A DNA stretch of 64,000 nucleotides from an uncultured Acidobacteriota bacterium (GTDB lineage Bacteria; Acidobacteriota; UBA6911), in NCBI GenBank assembly GCA_963809485.1, contig CAWEJX010000017.1, forward strand, positions 96,001-160,000, read 5' to 3'. Made by a program: the position numbers and the translations under genes. Below, piece after piece: positions 9,503 to 18,577 of this stretch. Every line of letters starts with the position of its first letter. Within the stretch, counting starts at the first letter, position 1. The notes below the pieces were generated by a model that made no database searches, was not told the DNA's origin, and saw only the letters and a program-made list of their open reading frames with translations.

Positions 9503-10777
9503 ATGCCCCAGAAAACAGTCATCGGCAGATCCCTCAAGTTTGTCCTCAGCGAATTGAAGCCCAGAGGCAAATGGCTTACTCTGTTCAACGTGATATCGAT
9601 TCCCGTCATTCTGCTGGCGGCCGTTTTGCTCGTTATCCGTTTTACCAGGGGATTAGGCGCAGTGACGAACCTTTCCCAGGATGTGCCCTGGGGACTCTGG
9701 ATTGGCTTTGACGTCGTCACGGGCGTCGCGTTCGCCGGAGGAGCCTATGTATTGACCTTCATCGTCTATATCGTGAGGATCGAGAAATACCATTGCCTCA
9801 TAAGGGCAACGGTTCTGAATGGCTTTCTTGCGTATGTCTTTTATGCCGGAGCCCTGCTGCTGGACCTGGGACGCCCCTGGAATGTTATCAATCCAATCAT
9901 TGGAAATTCGTTCGGTGTCAGCTCTGTGCTCTTCCTGGTTGCCTGGCACTTCCTGCTGTATATGATTGCGGAGCTGCTCGAATTTTCTCCCGTTTTCGCC
10001 GAATGGCTTGGGCTGCAGCGCATGAGAAAAATCCTGTCGGCAATGACGCTCGGAGCCGTAGTCTTCGGCATTACGCTCTCCACTCTTCATCAGTCCGGAC
10101 TGGGGGCGCTTTACCTGATGGCCAAAGGGAAAATCCACCCTCTGTGGTATTCAGAATTCATCCCGATTCTGTTTTTCGTCTCCAGCATCTTTGCCGGCAT
10201 CTCCCTCGTCATCTTTGAAGGATCCATCAGCCACCGTGTTTTTGCCGACCGGATCAGCCACGAAAATCTAAAATCGCATAATGACCTGCAGTTTGACCTG
10301 GCCAGGATATGCGCCGGTGCAATGTTCGTTTACCTTTTTCTGCAGGCCCTGGTTTTCATCCACGAAAAAAGAATTTCTTATTTCGGCAGCCCAATGTACT
10401 ACTGGTACCTTACCGAGCTTTTGGGATTCGTGCTGCTGCCCTGCATTCTGTTCGTCGCGGGCATGAAGCGGAAAAGCCCGATATTGGTCCGCACCGCAGC
10501 TGTCATGACGTTGATCGGAATCATTCTGAACCGGCTCAATATCTCCGTGATCGCCTTCAAGTGGTATGCCCCGGTCCGATACTACCCCACATGGATGGAA
10601 GTGGAGATCACACTGGCCATTATTTTCAGCGAAATTTGGGTATTCCGATGGTTTATAGACAGGATGCCCGTGCTGAATGATCCGCCAGTCTGGGCTTTGG
10701 AGCAGGATGCCCTGGCGCAAGGAACGCAATACGCCAGGGTCATTAAGGAGAACATTCCATGGAAACCCGATACATAG
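9503..10777 (+). CDS. NrfD/PsrC-family integral membrane subunit (HybB/HmcC-like)
   Basis: GLGAVTNLS..PWGLWIGFDV, DLGRPW and LSTLHQSGLGAL motifs; about 10 TM segments. Confidence 0.9.
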   Translation: MPQKTVIGRSLKFVLSELKPRGKWLTLFNVISIPVILLAAVLLVIRFTRGLGAVTNLSQDVPWGLWIGFDVVTGVAFAGGAYVLTFIVYIVRIEKYHCLIRATVLNGFLAYVFYAGALLLDLGRPWNVINPIIGNSFGVSSVLFLVAWHFLLYMIAELLEFSPVFAEWLGLQRMRKILSAMTLGAVVFGITLSTLHQSGLGALYLMAKGKIHPLWYSEFIPILFFVSSIFAGISLVIFEGSISHRVFADRISHENLKSHNDLQFDLARICAGAMFVYLFLQALVFIHEKRISYFGSPMYYWYLTELLGFVLLPCILFVAGMKRKSPILVRTAAVMTLIGIILNRLNISVIAFKWYAPVRYYPTWMEVEITLAIIFSEIWVFRWFIDRMPVLNDPPVWALEQDALAQGTQYARVIKENIPWKPDT

Positions 10778-11454
10778 AAATTTTCGCTACCAAGGGAGCG
10801 GAATACATTTTCGTCATCGGCTTTCTGCTGCTGCTGATTTTCTTTTGGAGGTTTCTGAACGCACCCGGCAAGCCGCGAAATGCGGGGACGGAACCAGCCG
10901 GGGCCTCCTTCCTGCCGAACCCGCAGTTTCGCATTGCCGAGGGATATTTTTACCACCAGGGTCACAGCTGGGCGGTCCCGGAAAGGCAGGATGTGGCCAG
11001 GGTGGGCATCGACGATTTCGCCCAGCAATTGCTCGGCGAGCCCGCAAAAGTCGACCTGCCGCAGATCGGCAGCCGTATTGAACAGGGAGAAAAGGCGTGG
11101 AAACTGTGGATTGACTCAAAATCCGTCGACATCCTCTCCCCTGTCGAAGGTGAGGTGGTTGCCGTCAATACTGAGGCCATCCAAACTCCCGCCCTCCTCA
11201 ACCGGGATCCTTATGGGAGCGGATGGCTCGTGAAAGTTAAAATTCCGAACATAAATAAAAACCTCAGGAATCTTATGTCCGGGGATCTGGCCATGGTCTG
11301 GATGAAGGAAACCGCCGATGCACTGGAGCACAGGATCCAGGGATCCATCGGGAAACCCTTTAAGGCGGCAAGTGCTCCCTTCGACGGGATTGCGAGGAAT
11401 TTCTTTCCGGACAACTGGGATAAATTCGCGGCAAAATTTCTTTCCGGAAATTGA
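10759..11454 (+). CDS. Membrane-anchored glycine cleavage H-like protein
   Basis: YFYHQGHSWA, RVGIDDFAQ, SPVEGEVVAVN and NRDPYGSGWLVKV GcvH motifs; N-terminal TM helix; non-canonical lipoyl site. Confidence 0.85.
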   Translation: METRYIEIFATKGAEYIFVIGFLLLLIFFWRFLNAPGKPRNAGTEPAGASFLPNPQFRIAEGYFYHQGHSWAVPERQDVARVGIDDFAQQLLGEPAKVDLPQIGSRIEQGEKAWKLWIDSKSVDILSPVEGEVVAVNTEAIQTPALLNRDPYGSGWLVKVKIPNINKNLRNLMSGDLAMVWMKETADALEHRIQGSIGKPFKAASAPFDGIARNFFPDNWDKFAAKFLSGN

Positions 11455-11762
11455 GTCCCGGGTCGAAGACTTCCGCTGCAGGCAAGAAAGCCTGAAAGGC
11501 CATTAAAGGCTGCAGGCATTCCAGCGCGGCAAACAACCTCCGGCCAAGATTTGACTCTTGTCCACGCGTGACACCCAGGTCGTGTCCCAACCTGTAATCT
11601 TCGTTTCCGTTTACGTTCCGCTCCAACGGGCATCCAGCGCGGAAGCCGCAGCCGGCAGGCTGCCTGAACTTCGACTCAGCCGGAAACCAATCCGGCATGC
11701 CTTCAGTGTCAAGTGCGTCCCGCAGCCAGGGCAAAGATGGAGACCTGCGGATGTGCCTGAAT

Positions 11763-12440
11763 TTACGGCGAGGGACTGCCGGAGACAGGCTGGTGGCAGC
11801 CGGTACAAATCGCCGCAGCATATTTGGCATGGTTTGCGGGGAATGGCTTCAGCTTCCCGATACCATGGCATTGAGTGCAGTCCTTGTACATGCTTCCTTC
11901 CGTTGTGTGAGGGATCCGTGCAGGTTTTGGAACGGCAGCCTTTTTGGCCTTTGCCGAGACTGCGGATTTCGGCTTTGGGCCGACCTGATGGCATGCCAGG
12001 CAATTCGCTATGGTAAAGCCGGCGTGACTCGCCGGGAACGCCTTTGATTTTCCTGTACCATGGCACTGCAGGCAATCCTTGAAGCCGTCTTCACCAACGG
12101 CATGCGGGATCCGTGCCGGCTTGCCATCCATTGATCCGGATACAGCCGAACCTTTGATTTCCGGCGCCGCACCGATTCTGTGGCAGCCCGAACAGCCTTT
12201 TGACGCAAAGCCGGCGTGGCTCTGCGGGAATGGCTTCATTTTCCCCAAACCATGGCATCGCGTACAATATTGATAATAAGCCTCCTTTTCGACCGGATGC
12301 GGAACGGGCCGCGGCCCGTCAGGCTTCGCCGGACCGCTCACAACAGCTGGCGATGATGCGGAAACAGCCGGCGCTTCGGCGCCGGCAGCCGGAAGGAATC
12401 CGGCAAACCCAAGCGTAATAACCGCAATGATCTGCAACAT
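11763..12440 (-). CDS. Periplasmic hexaheme cytochrome c (three tandem diheme repeats)
   Basis: Signal peptide; six CxxCH motifs (CTRCH, CSGCH, CLQCH, CLACH, CTQCH, CTGCH). Confidence 0.88.
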   Translation of the reverse strand: MLQIIAVITLGFAGFLPAAGAEAPAVSASSPAVVSGPAKPDGPRPVPHPVEKEAYYQYCTRCHGLGKMKPFPQSHAGFASKGCSGCHRIGAAPEIKGSAVSGSMDGKPARIPHAVGEDGFKDCLQCHGTGKSKAFPASHAGFTIANCLACHQVGPKPKSAVSAKAKKAAVPKPARIPHTTEGSMYKDCTQCHGIGKLKPFPANHAKYAAAICTGCHQPVSGSPSP

Positions 12441-12518
12441 AAAGTATGTTCTTTAATGTAAAGGTACGCGTTAATAGAAAGATTCACGATAGAGGCGGAA
12501 CAACCCCGGAATCGGGCG

Positions 12519-13610
12519 TCAAGTGCTTTGGGGCGGCTTCTGCCAGCTCAGGAGCTGCTCCATGTTGGAGGGCTCTTTGTATCGCTTGATGTGGTCTTTC
12601 AGCGCCGGCCCGAGGATTTCTATCTTGCTCATGTCGGCCTGTCCCATTCCCGCCTGGGCGCAGTAGGTCATGTAACCGATTTTGCCAATCCCGATTCCCA
12701 TCAGCTCTGCGCTTACCGTATCGGCGGCGAGCCAGTCGGTGCCGACGACACAAACGCGGTGGTCGATGGGCGTGCCGGTGATGGGCCCGTCGCCTTCCAT
12801 GCCCTCAAAACCATCGATCACCGCCAGGTGCGGGTGCAGGCGGGGCGCCAGGGCCGCGAGATTGTAGTTGATGCCTCGCGGGCCGCCGCCGTGGATGATG
12901 GGCTTGTCGGATCGGCCCACGACGTTGGGCACCGGGCTCGGATCCTTAATGGCTGCGCCGACGACGACATTCTTGAGCGAGAATGTGGCCACCACCATCC
13001 CGTGGGTTTTAATCTTTGCTGCGGAGATAATGTAGCTGTCCGGGTCCACCATCATCTTTGACACACGGCAGGGACGCGGACGCATGTCGGACTGATCGAT
13101 GCAGTAAACCGTTTCATATCCCGTTTTGTCCAGCTCAACCAGTCTTACGCCGTACTTTTCGACGAACCTGTTGTAGCCGTAGTTGGCGAAACCCTCGAGC
13201 GTCGAGCCGCCGCCCGGCGATTCGGCAATCACCACGTTGGTTTTGCGAATGGATTTGAGAAACTCGAGGATCCCTTCGAGCTGATCGGCGTGGGTAGCGC
13301 ACAGGGGCTTGTCAATGTTGACGTTGTTGACTTTTAGGACGACGAGTTTATTGCCGATGGCCTGCGCGATCTCTTTTTCAAAAGGGCGCAGAGCACGGAA
13401 GGTATTGTCGGCGCGGCTGTCGCCGGTGGTCAGCGCCACGCGTGCAGGCGGGACTTCCGGAATAACGGGGGCAGGGGACTTAAAGGGATCGACCTTTCCC
13501 TGCAGGGCACTTGCGTCAACAGCGAGGCGCAGTCCGCCCGCAAGCCCCAAACCGCCAAGCAGTGAGTTCTTGAGAAACCGACGACGGGAACCGGTATCAA
13601 AGGATGACAT
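12519..13610 (-). CDS. DUF362 family protein with Tat signal
   Basis: SRRRFLK leader; VVLKVNNV, KIKTHG..TFSLKN and AVIDGFEGMEGDGP motifs. Confidence 0.85.
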   Translation of the reverse strand: MSSFDTGSRRRFLKNSLLGGLGLAGGLRLAVDASALQGKVDPFKSPAPVIPEVPPARVALTTGDSRADNTFRALRPFEKEIAQAIGNKLVVLKVNNVNIDKPLCATHADQLEGILEFLKSIRKTNVVIAESPGGGSTLEGFANYGYNRFVEKYGVRLVELDKTGYETVYCIDQSDMRPRPCRVSKMMVDPDSYIISAAKIKTHGMVVATFSLKNVVVGAAIKDPSPVPNVVGRSDKPIIHGGGPRGINYNLAALAPRLHPHLAVIDGFEGMEGDGPITGTPIDHRVCVVGTDWLAADTVSAELMGIGIGKIGYMTYCAQAGMGQADMSKIEILGPALKDHIKRYKEPSNMEQLLSWQKPPQST

Positions 13611-13816
13611 ATTCTACCCTCTACATATCAGACTGGTGGCTGCATCAGTCCTATTTGACTTCGCATAATATCATAAGTCCCATTTATGAGAACACAGGTT
13701 CAAAAGTTTCAAGTGCGTCCCGAATTCAGGGCAGAGCCGTAGGCTCGATTGTGAACCGCCCAAAACGTTGGAATGAGCGGTACCAGATTTAGCCGCTGAT
13801 ATACGCGCACTTTCCC

Positions 13817-14419
13817 CTACTGCCCGGCGTTCGCCGGTTCCGAAGTAATCCTGCAGGGTTTGCCAAGGCGGATCACGTTTGTATCCCAGACGCATCCGCT
13901 GGCGCAATGCCAGCCGTAGTACCAGATGTAGCTCAAACTCCTCGAAGGGGAGTAAGGAACGATAATGATGCCGCTGTGTTTTTCGGCAACCTCCTCCCAC
14001 ATGATGTACTGGGAGAACTGCCTCTGGATATCGCCGATAAGATCATGCCCAAGCTTGCTTGTGAACGCATCAAGATCTTCGGTGCTTTGCAGGAACTGGA
14101 TTCTGCCCGTAAGATTGCGTCCGTACTTGCGGGTAAATGCGTCGATATCCCGCGCTCTTCGCAGAAACAATATCCGCGATGAATCGAGGATGGTCACCGT
14201 ATGCCGGTAGCGCAAGGTTTCGATGCGGAACTGGTCCGCCTCGCACCATCGTCTCCACTCCTCGTTTACATCGAACCAGATGCCGTTGGGCTTCGGATGT
14301 CCGCTCTGCAGGTAGTTCCTCTTACGCAGCCTTACCGGTTCTTCTGCCCAATGATAATACTTCACGCCGTCCATTATCGCCGAAGGTTCGCAGCCTTTCT
14401 GCTTTTGCCTGGATGCCAT
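13817..14419 (-). CDS. Hypothetical protein (KPxGIWF...GWxCASGCVW type)
   Basis: 200-aa ORF with a GGAG RBS; aromatic-rich motifs; internal duplication. Confidence 0.7.
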   Translation of the reverse strand: MASRQKQKGCEPSAIMDGVKYYHWAEEPVRLRKRNYLQSGHPKPNGIWFDVNEEWRRWCEADQFRIETLRYRHTVTILDSSRILFLRRARDIDAFTRKYGRNLTGRIQFLQSTEDLDAFTSKLGHDLIGDIQRQFSQYIMWEEVAEKHSGIIIVPYSPSRSLSYIWYYGWHCASGCVWDTNVIRLGKPCRITSEPANAGQ

Positions 14420-14716
14420 ATCTCTCCTTGGTTGCCTGCCCCATGCCGCAGGCCCATTTTACATCTGAACCGGATCTACGGACACGCTCAAGCCGTCGCG
14501 GACAAGGTTCGGCATATGGCGGATGTCAAACGCGGCAAGCCCCCCAAAGCATTCTGGATTCAATGACTCTGTGGCCAGTCCCGTAATTCCGGGCCCGAAA
14601 GACCCAAAGGTGGCCGGAACTGCGTATTTTGCTGTATGGGATTTTGGGTATTTCTACGCATTGAAGGCCATGATCTGCAGCCTTATATTTCGACATGTGC
14701 GCTTAGGAGGCTATCT

Positions 14717-15109
14717 ATGAAGACAAACATTGCAATAGCGATCAGTCTCGCAATATTGCTGATCGCAGGTTTCGTTATGGCACAAACCCACACGGTCCGT
14801 GCACAGATTCCCTTCGAATTCGCGGCCGCAGGGAAAGTCTTTCCGGCGGGAGAATATGTATTTAATTACGACCCTGGAAAGCTATTCGTTTCTGTCCAAG
14901 GAACGGAAAAGGGATCCGCGGCCTTGGTGCCGATTGTCACCATGCTTGCCGGGGCGATGCACACCACTCCGAAGGATGCACATGTCGTTTTCGATAAGAT
15001 CGGGAACAATCGCTATCTCTCCGAACTATGGAGTTCGGGAATGGACGGCTTCGACCTGCTCACCACAACAGAGAAACACGAGCACGAAATTGTGAATGCT
15101 CCTCGCTAA
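14717..15109 (+). CDS. Exported hypothetical protein (IPFEF..GK..PAGEY family)
   Basis: AGGAGG RBS; signal peptide; IPFEFAAAGKVFPAGEY motif typical of Acidobacteria small secreted proteins. Confidence 0.8.
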   Translation: MKTNIAIAISLAILLIAGFVMAQTHTVRAQIPFEFAAAGKVFPAGEYVFNYDPGKLFVSVQGTEKGSAALVPIVTMLAGAMHTTPKDAHVVFDKIGNNRYLSELWSSGMDGFDLLTTTEKHEHEIVNAPR

Positions 15110-15499
15110 CAACCTCTATGGATAAACCGGTAACCGGGACAACCCGACGGAGCCCCGGCGGGGCTGCTAACTGGATCTCCCCCGGCCGCAAAGAGAGGAC
15201 CGGGGGATGGGCTGGGCGGTTTCCCTTCCGGCGATGCTTTTACCGTCATTGTCACCGGTTAATCCAACAATTACCGGTGCATGGGCGTTATGATGCCCGA
15301 TCAGTCAGTCCGGATCGATCGACAAGTGGCGATAAAATGGTCTGCTGCGTCAGCCGGCAGTGGGTCGGTGGAACACTGCTAGCTTCTCTCTTTTATTGAA
15401 TGCTTCTGCCATTCCTGCTATCGGGCCGATTTCCTGATTTGAGCCGCAAATGTTCAAATCGCACAAAATAGGCAGAGTGGCCAGTCAAAGAATGATGCT

Positions 15500-15665
15500 G
15501 TTGAAACCTCAAGTGTTCGTTTTCGGATACCTACTGAAAACGGGCTATATAAACTGGGAGACGCCCTCGCTAACCCCGGTGGAGACTGCCTGCCCGACCG
15601 TCCTAGGGCCGGACCTGAAATAAGCTCAGTCTCTTGCTTCCAGGGTAAACAATATCCCCCATGCC
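15500..15665 (+). ncRNA. Candidate 6S-like RNA
   Basis: Long imperfect hairpin (tgtt/aaca, ctga..gggct/agctcag, gccct/agggc, cggt/accg) with an A-rich central bubble. The tgttcgt, aactgggag, cggtg and acctg motifs resemble 6S RNAs. Not confirmed with a covariance model. Confidence 0.35.
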
Positions 15666-15720
15666 CCCCAAAGAGAGGCACCCGAGTCGATCCTAAGCTC
15701 TCCTGCCCGAGACCTCTTAC

Positions 15721-16275
15721 CTACTTTATCTTCTGCCCTGCCAGGATCAGCTGTGCATGATAGATTTTTGTCTGCACATCCTTCGCTGTTGCAACCGCTT
15801 TGGGAAGATCCTCCTGAATCACCAGATCGCCAATCGCCGTCTTGCCCTCCTCGATCTCGGACGCAATCGCCTTCACCCTGCTCCGCTGACTGGAAGACAG
15901 CTTGTTCTTTGAAAGATCGATCTTCACCTGATCGAAGTTTTTGCTGATCATGAGTTGCATGGCATCAAGCTCGCGCGTTAAAGCGTCCTGCTTGGATCGG
16001 GCGATATCCGCAGCCTTGCCGAAATAGATTTTGGCGCTCGTGTAAAGTACTTTGGCCGTAGACGTCTGGCCTTCCTTTTCGGCAGTCTGAGCGTGGTCCC
16101 AGGCTTTCCGAGCCTGCTCAAAGTCCACCTGCGCGTATCTGTCGGCATGGAGCAATCGGGCTTGATCCATAGCCGTCCGGGCTTCCTTCATTTCGATGGC
16201 CGCACTTCCGCCACACCCGTAAAGGGCCAGCATTAATACCAAGAGACTGAAGCTGTTATGAATCCGGACTCTCAT
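15721..16275 (-). CDS. Helical lipoprotein (DUF4398-like)
   Basis: LALYG-C lipobox; Ala-rich helical EARTAMDQAR..ADRYA segment. Confidence 0.75.
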   Translation of the reverse strand: MRVRIHNSFSLLVLMLALYGCGGSAAIEMKEARTAMDQARLLHADRYAQVDFEQARKAWDHAQTAEKEGQTSTAKVLYTSAKIYFGKAADIARSKQDALTRELDAMQLMISKNFDQVKIDLSKNKLSSSQRSRVKAIASEIEEGKTAIGDLVIQEDLPKAVATAKDVQTKIYHAQLILAGQKIK

Positions 16276-16422
16276 TATCGATCTCCCATTGGGTTTTGGC
16301 GCCGAGGGCAGCGATCCTGGTTTGTTTATGGATCAATTTGCAGATCAGATCGCAAAGGTGAATCTCACGGGAAAAGTGGAAGGTTTTTGAGATTGGCGAT
16401 GGCAATAATCTATTGATTCCAG

Positions 16423-16498
<76 letters not shown>

Positions 16499-16640
16499 AT
16501 TCCAGTCTGCTCAGTTTGCAAAAACAAAGCGCCTAGCTTTATACCATCGACCGGCCAAAAAATCCACCCCAGATATCGATTTGCGGTGCAAAAACCGTTT
16601 TGAGGTTTTGGGCAATTCAGAACGATAAACGTACACTATC

Positions 16641-16700
16641 TCACGCGGAGACGCGGGGCATAATACTCCGGATCTCCGCGCTCCCCGCGTCTCCGCGTGA
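16641..16700. repeat. Intergenic palindrome (18-bp perfect inverted repeat)
   Basis: tcacgcggagacgcgggg ... ccccgcgtctccgcgtga. Confidence 0.8.
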
Positions 16701-16743
16701 TCCAAATTTGCGCTGCGACTGTGCCACGCGGGGCAACTCGTTG

Positions 16744-17637
16744 TTATTTCCCGAAGCGCTCCGGATAGGCCTCGGCCAGAAGAGGCGGGACCGCCGGCGG
16801 CGCAGCATCCAGTTCCTCCATAATCTCCATCGCGTTGACCAGCGCCTGCCCCCGGAAGTGGTTATTCGTGACCGCGTAGGTTTCCTCGGTGCTTTGCTGC
16901 AGCTTGCGTATCTGACTCGATAAATATCGTATTTCGTCCTTCGAATACAGGTAGTCGTAGCGCGCGTCCCGTCCGGCATCTTCCTTGAACCAGTTTGCGT
17001 AGTTGCGCCCGTGCATCCGGAAATACCCCAGTTTCGCCGTGGCATACGCCGCGGGTCTGATCGAGTTGCCGATCAAGGGCTGGTCCACGTTGCAGAAGGC
17101 CACGCCGCGCTCGCGCAAAAAATCGTAAAAAGGATCCCGGTCCCAGCTGCCGTGCCGGACTTCCAGCGCCAGCGGGAAATCGCGCAAATGGCGAAACAAC
17201 CGGTCGAGGTAATCCTGATTCTCCGGTGTGCAGCGAAATCGCCAGGGAAACTGAATGAGAACAGCCCCAAGGACCCCGGCTTCCGCAAGCGGCGCTATCG
17301 AGCCGCGGACCTCACCGCAGTCGGCGGCCAAAGCCGTCTCCTCCGCTGCGGTGCGTTCATGCGAAAGCCGCTGCCAGGCTTTCGCCGTGAATTTGAACCG
17401 TGGATTGTTGCGGACCCGGCGGGCCCACGAGGAGGTGTCCCTGGGACGCGGGGGCGCATAAAAGGAACTGTTGATCTCTATCGTGTCGCAATAATCCGCC
17501 AGAAACGCCAGAGCATCCGAAGATCCGCCGGCGGGATAAACGATACCCTCCCAGTCTTTGTAATTCCACCCTGCTGGTCCGACACGAAGGCTGGAATTAC
17601 GGCCGGGGAGCTGGAATAGAGAGCCTTGTGTTGCCAT
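16744..17637 (-). CDS. DUF72 family protein
   Basis: VGPAGWNYKDW, TIEINSSFY, LIQFP, LEVRH, YFRMHGRN and YDYLYS motifs. Confidence 0.92.
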   Translation of the reverse strand: MATQGSLFQLPGRNSSLRVGPAGWNYKDWEGIVYPAGGSSDALAFLADYCDTIEINSSFYAPPRPRDTSSWARRVRNNPRFKFTAKAWQRLSHERTAAEETALAADCGEVRGSIAPLAEAGVLGAVLIQFPWRFRCTPENQDYLDRLFRHLRDFPLALEVRHGSWDRDPFYDFLRERGVAFCNVDQPLIGNSIRPAAYATAKLGYFRMHGRNYANWFKEDAGRDARYDYLYSKDEIRYLSSQIRKLQQSTEETYAVTNNHFRGQALVNAMEIMEELDAAPPAVPPLLAEAYPERFGK

Positions 17638-17684
17638 AGAAACCTCAAACGGCACTTCCACCGCCTGCCATGTTCGGTCCCCAT

Positions 17685-18470
17685 TCAGACCAGCACGACC
17701 CCTATCGGCGCACCACTTTTAAGGCCAAGGACCGATGCGGCGGACCCGTTTTTCATTGCAATCTCCAGATACCCGGTCGAGCCGGGAACGATAAATACCT
17801 CCTCGGGAGCGCCCTCAGCATAGGTGGCCCGGAAACTAATTATTTCCCGCTTGCCTGCCAGGATCCTGGATGTGCGCGGCACCTCTGCCGGCACAAGGTT
17901 GGTTATCAGGTTTCCGAACTGATCGACGGCGAGGATCGTGCCCTGGATCAATGCCTCCTTGACTCTTTTGGGGGCCGGTATGTACAGCCGCTCCGGTTCC
18001 GGCACCCTCGGCCCGATCTGATGCAGCGGGATATCCCGGCTGATCCAGGCAGCAATGGGAGCAAAAATGTCGCGCCCATGGAAAGTGGAGGAAACCGGCT
18101 TGCGGAAGTAATGGTCCGACGTGATTTCGTAGGCGGAATAATCCGGTTCGGCCTTATACACGAAAGACAAAATGCCGTTGTCCGGCGCTACAAAGAAATG
18201 CCCGCCGGCCGAAACCGCCAGCGCCTTGCGCGCGGTTCCCACTTCGGGGTCCACCACGGCAAGATGAATCGAGCCCGCCGGGTAGCATGAATACGCCTGC
18301 CCCAGGGTGAAAGCGCCGGTGAATAAATCCAGTGGCGGAACAAGATGGCTTATGTCCACCAGGGTTACGTCAGGATTCACGCTCAGAATCACTCCCTTCA
18401 TGGCCGCAACGAAGTGATCGCGCAATCCAAAATCCGTCAGCAAGGTGATGATGCGCCGCGAATCCCCCAT
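17685..18470 (-). CDS. SAM hydrolase / SAM-dependent halogenase family protein
   Basis: ITLLTDFG, VDISH, VVDPEVGT, APDNG, STFHGRDIFAP and DQFGNLITN motifs. Confidence 0.93.
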   Translation of the reverse strand: MGDSRRIITLLTDFGLRDHFVAAMKGVILSVNPDVTLVDISHLVPPLDLFTGAFTLGQAYSCYPAGSIHLAVVDPEVGTARKALAVSAGGHFFVAPDNGILSFVYKAEPDYSAYEITSDHYFRKPVSSTFHGRDIFAPIAAWISRDIPLHQIGPRVPEPERLYIPAPKRVKEALIQGTILAVDQFGNLITNLVPAEVPRTSRILAGKREIISFRATYAEGAPEEVFIVPGSTGYLEIAMKNGSAASVLGLKSGAPIGVVLV

Positions 18471-18577
18471 GTCATTCCTCCGTCTGAAAAAACTCACCGA
18501 TGCACTTCCCGGGAAGACCGGGCGGCTCCGGGGAGCCGTCCACAAAGATCCCCGATAATATGCTATTCTAGGGCATC

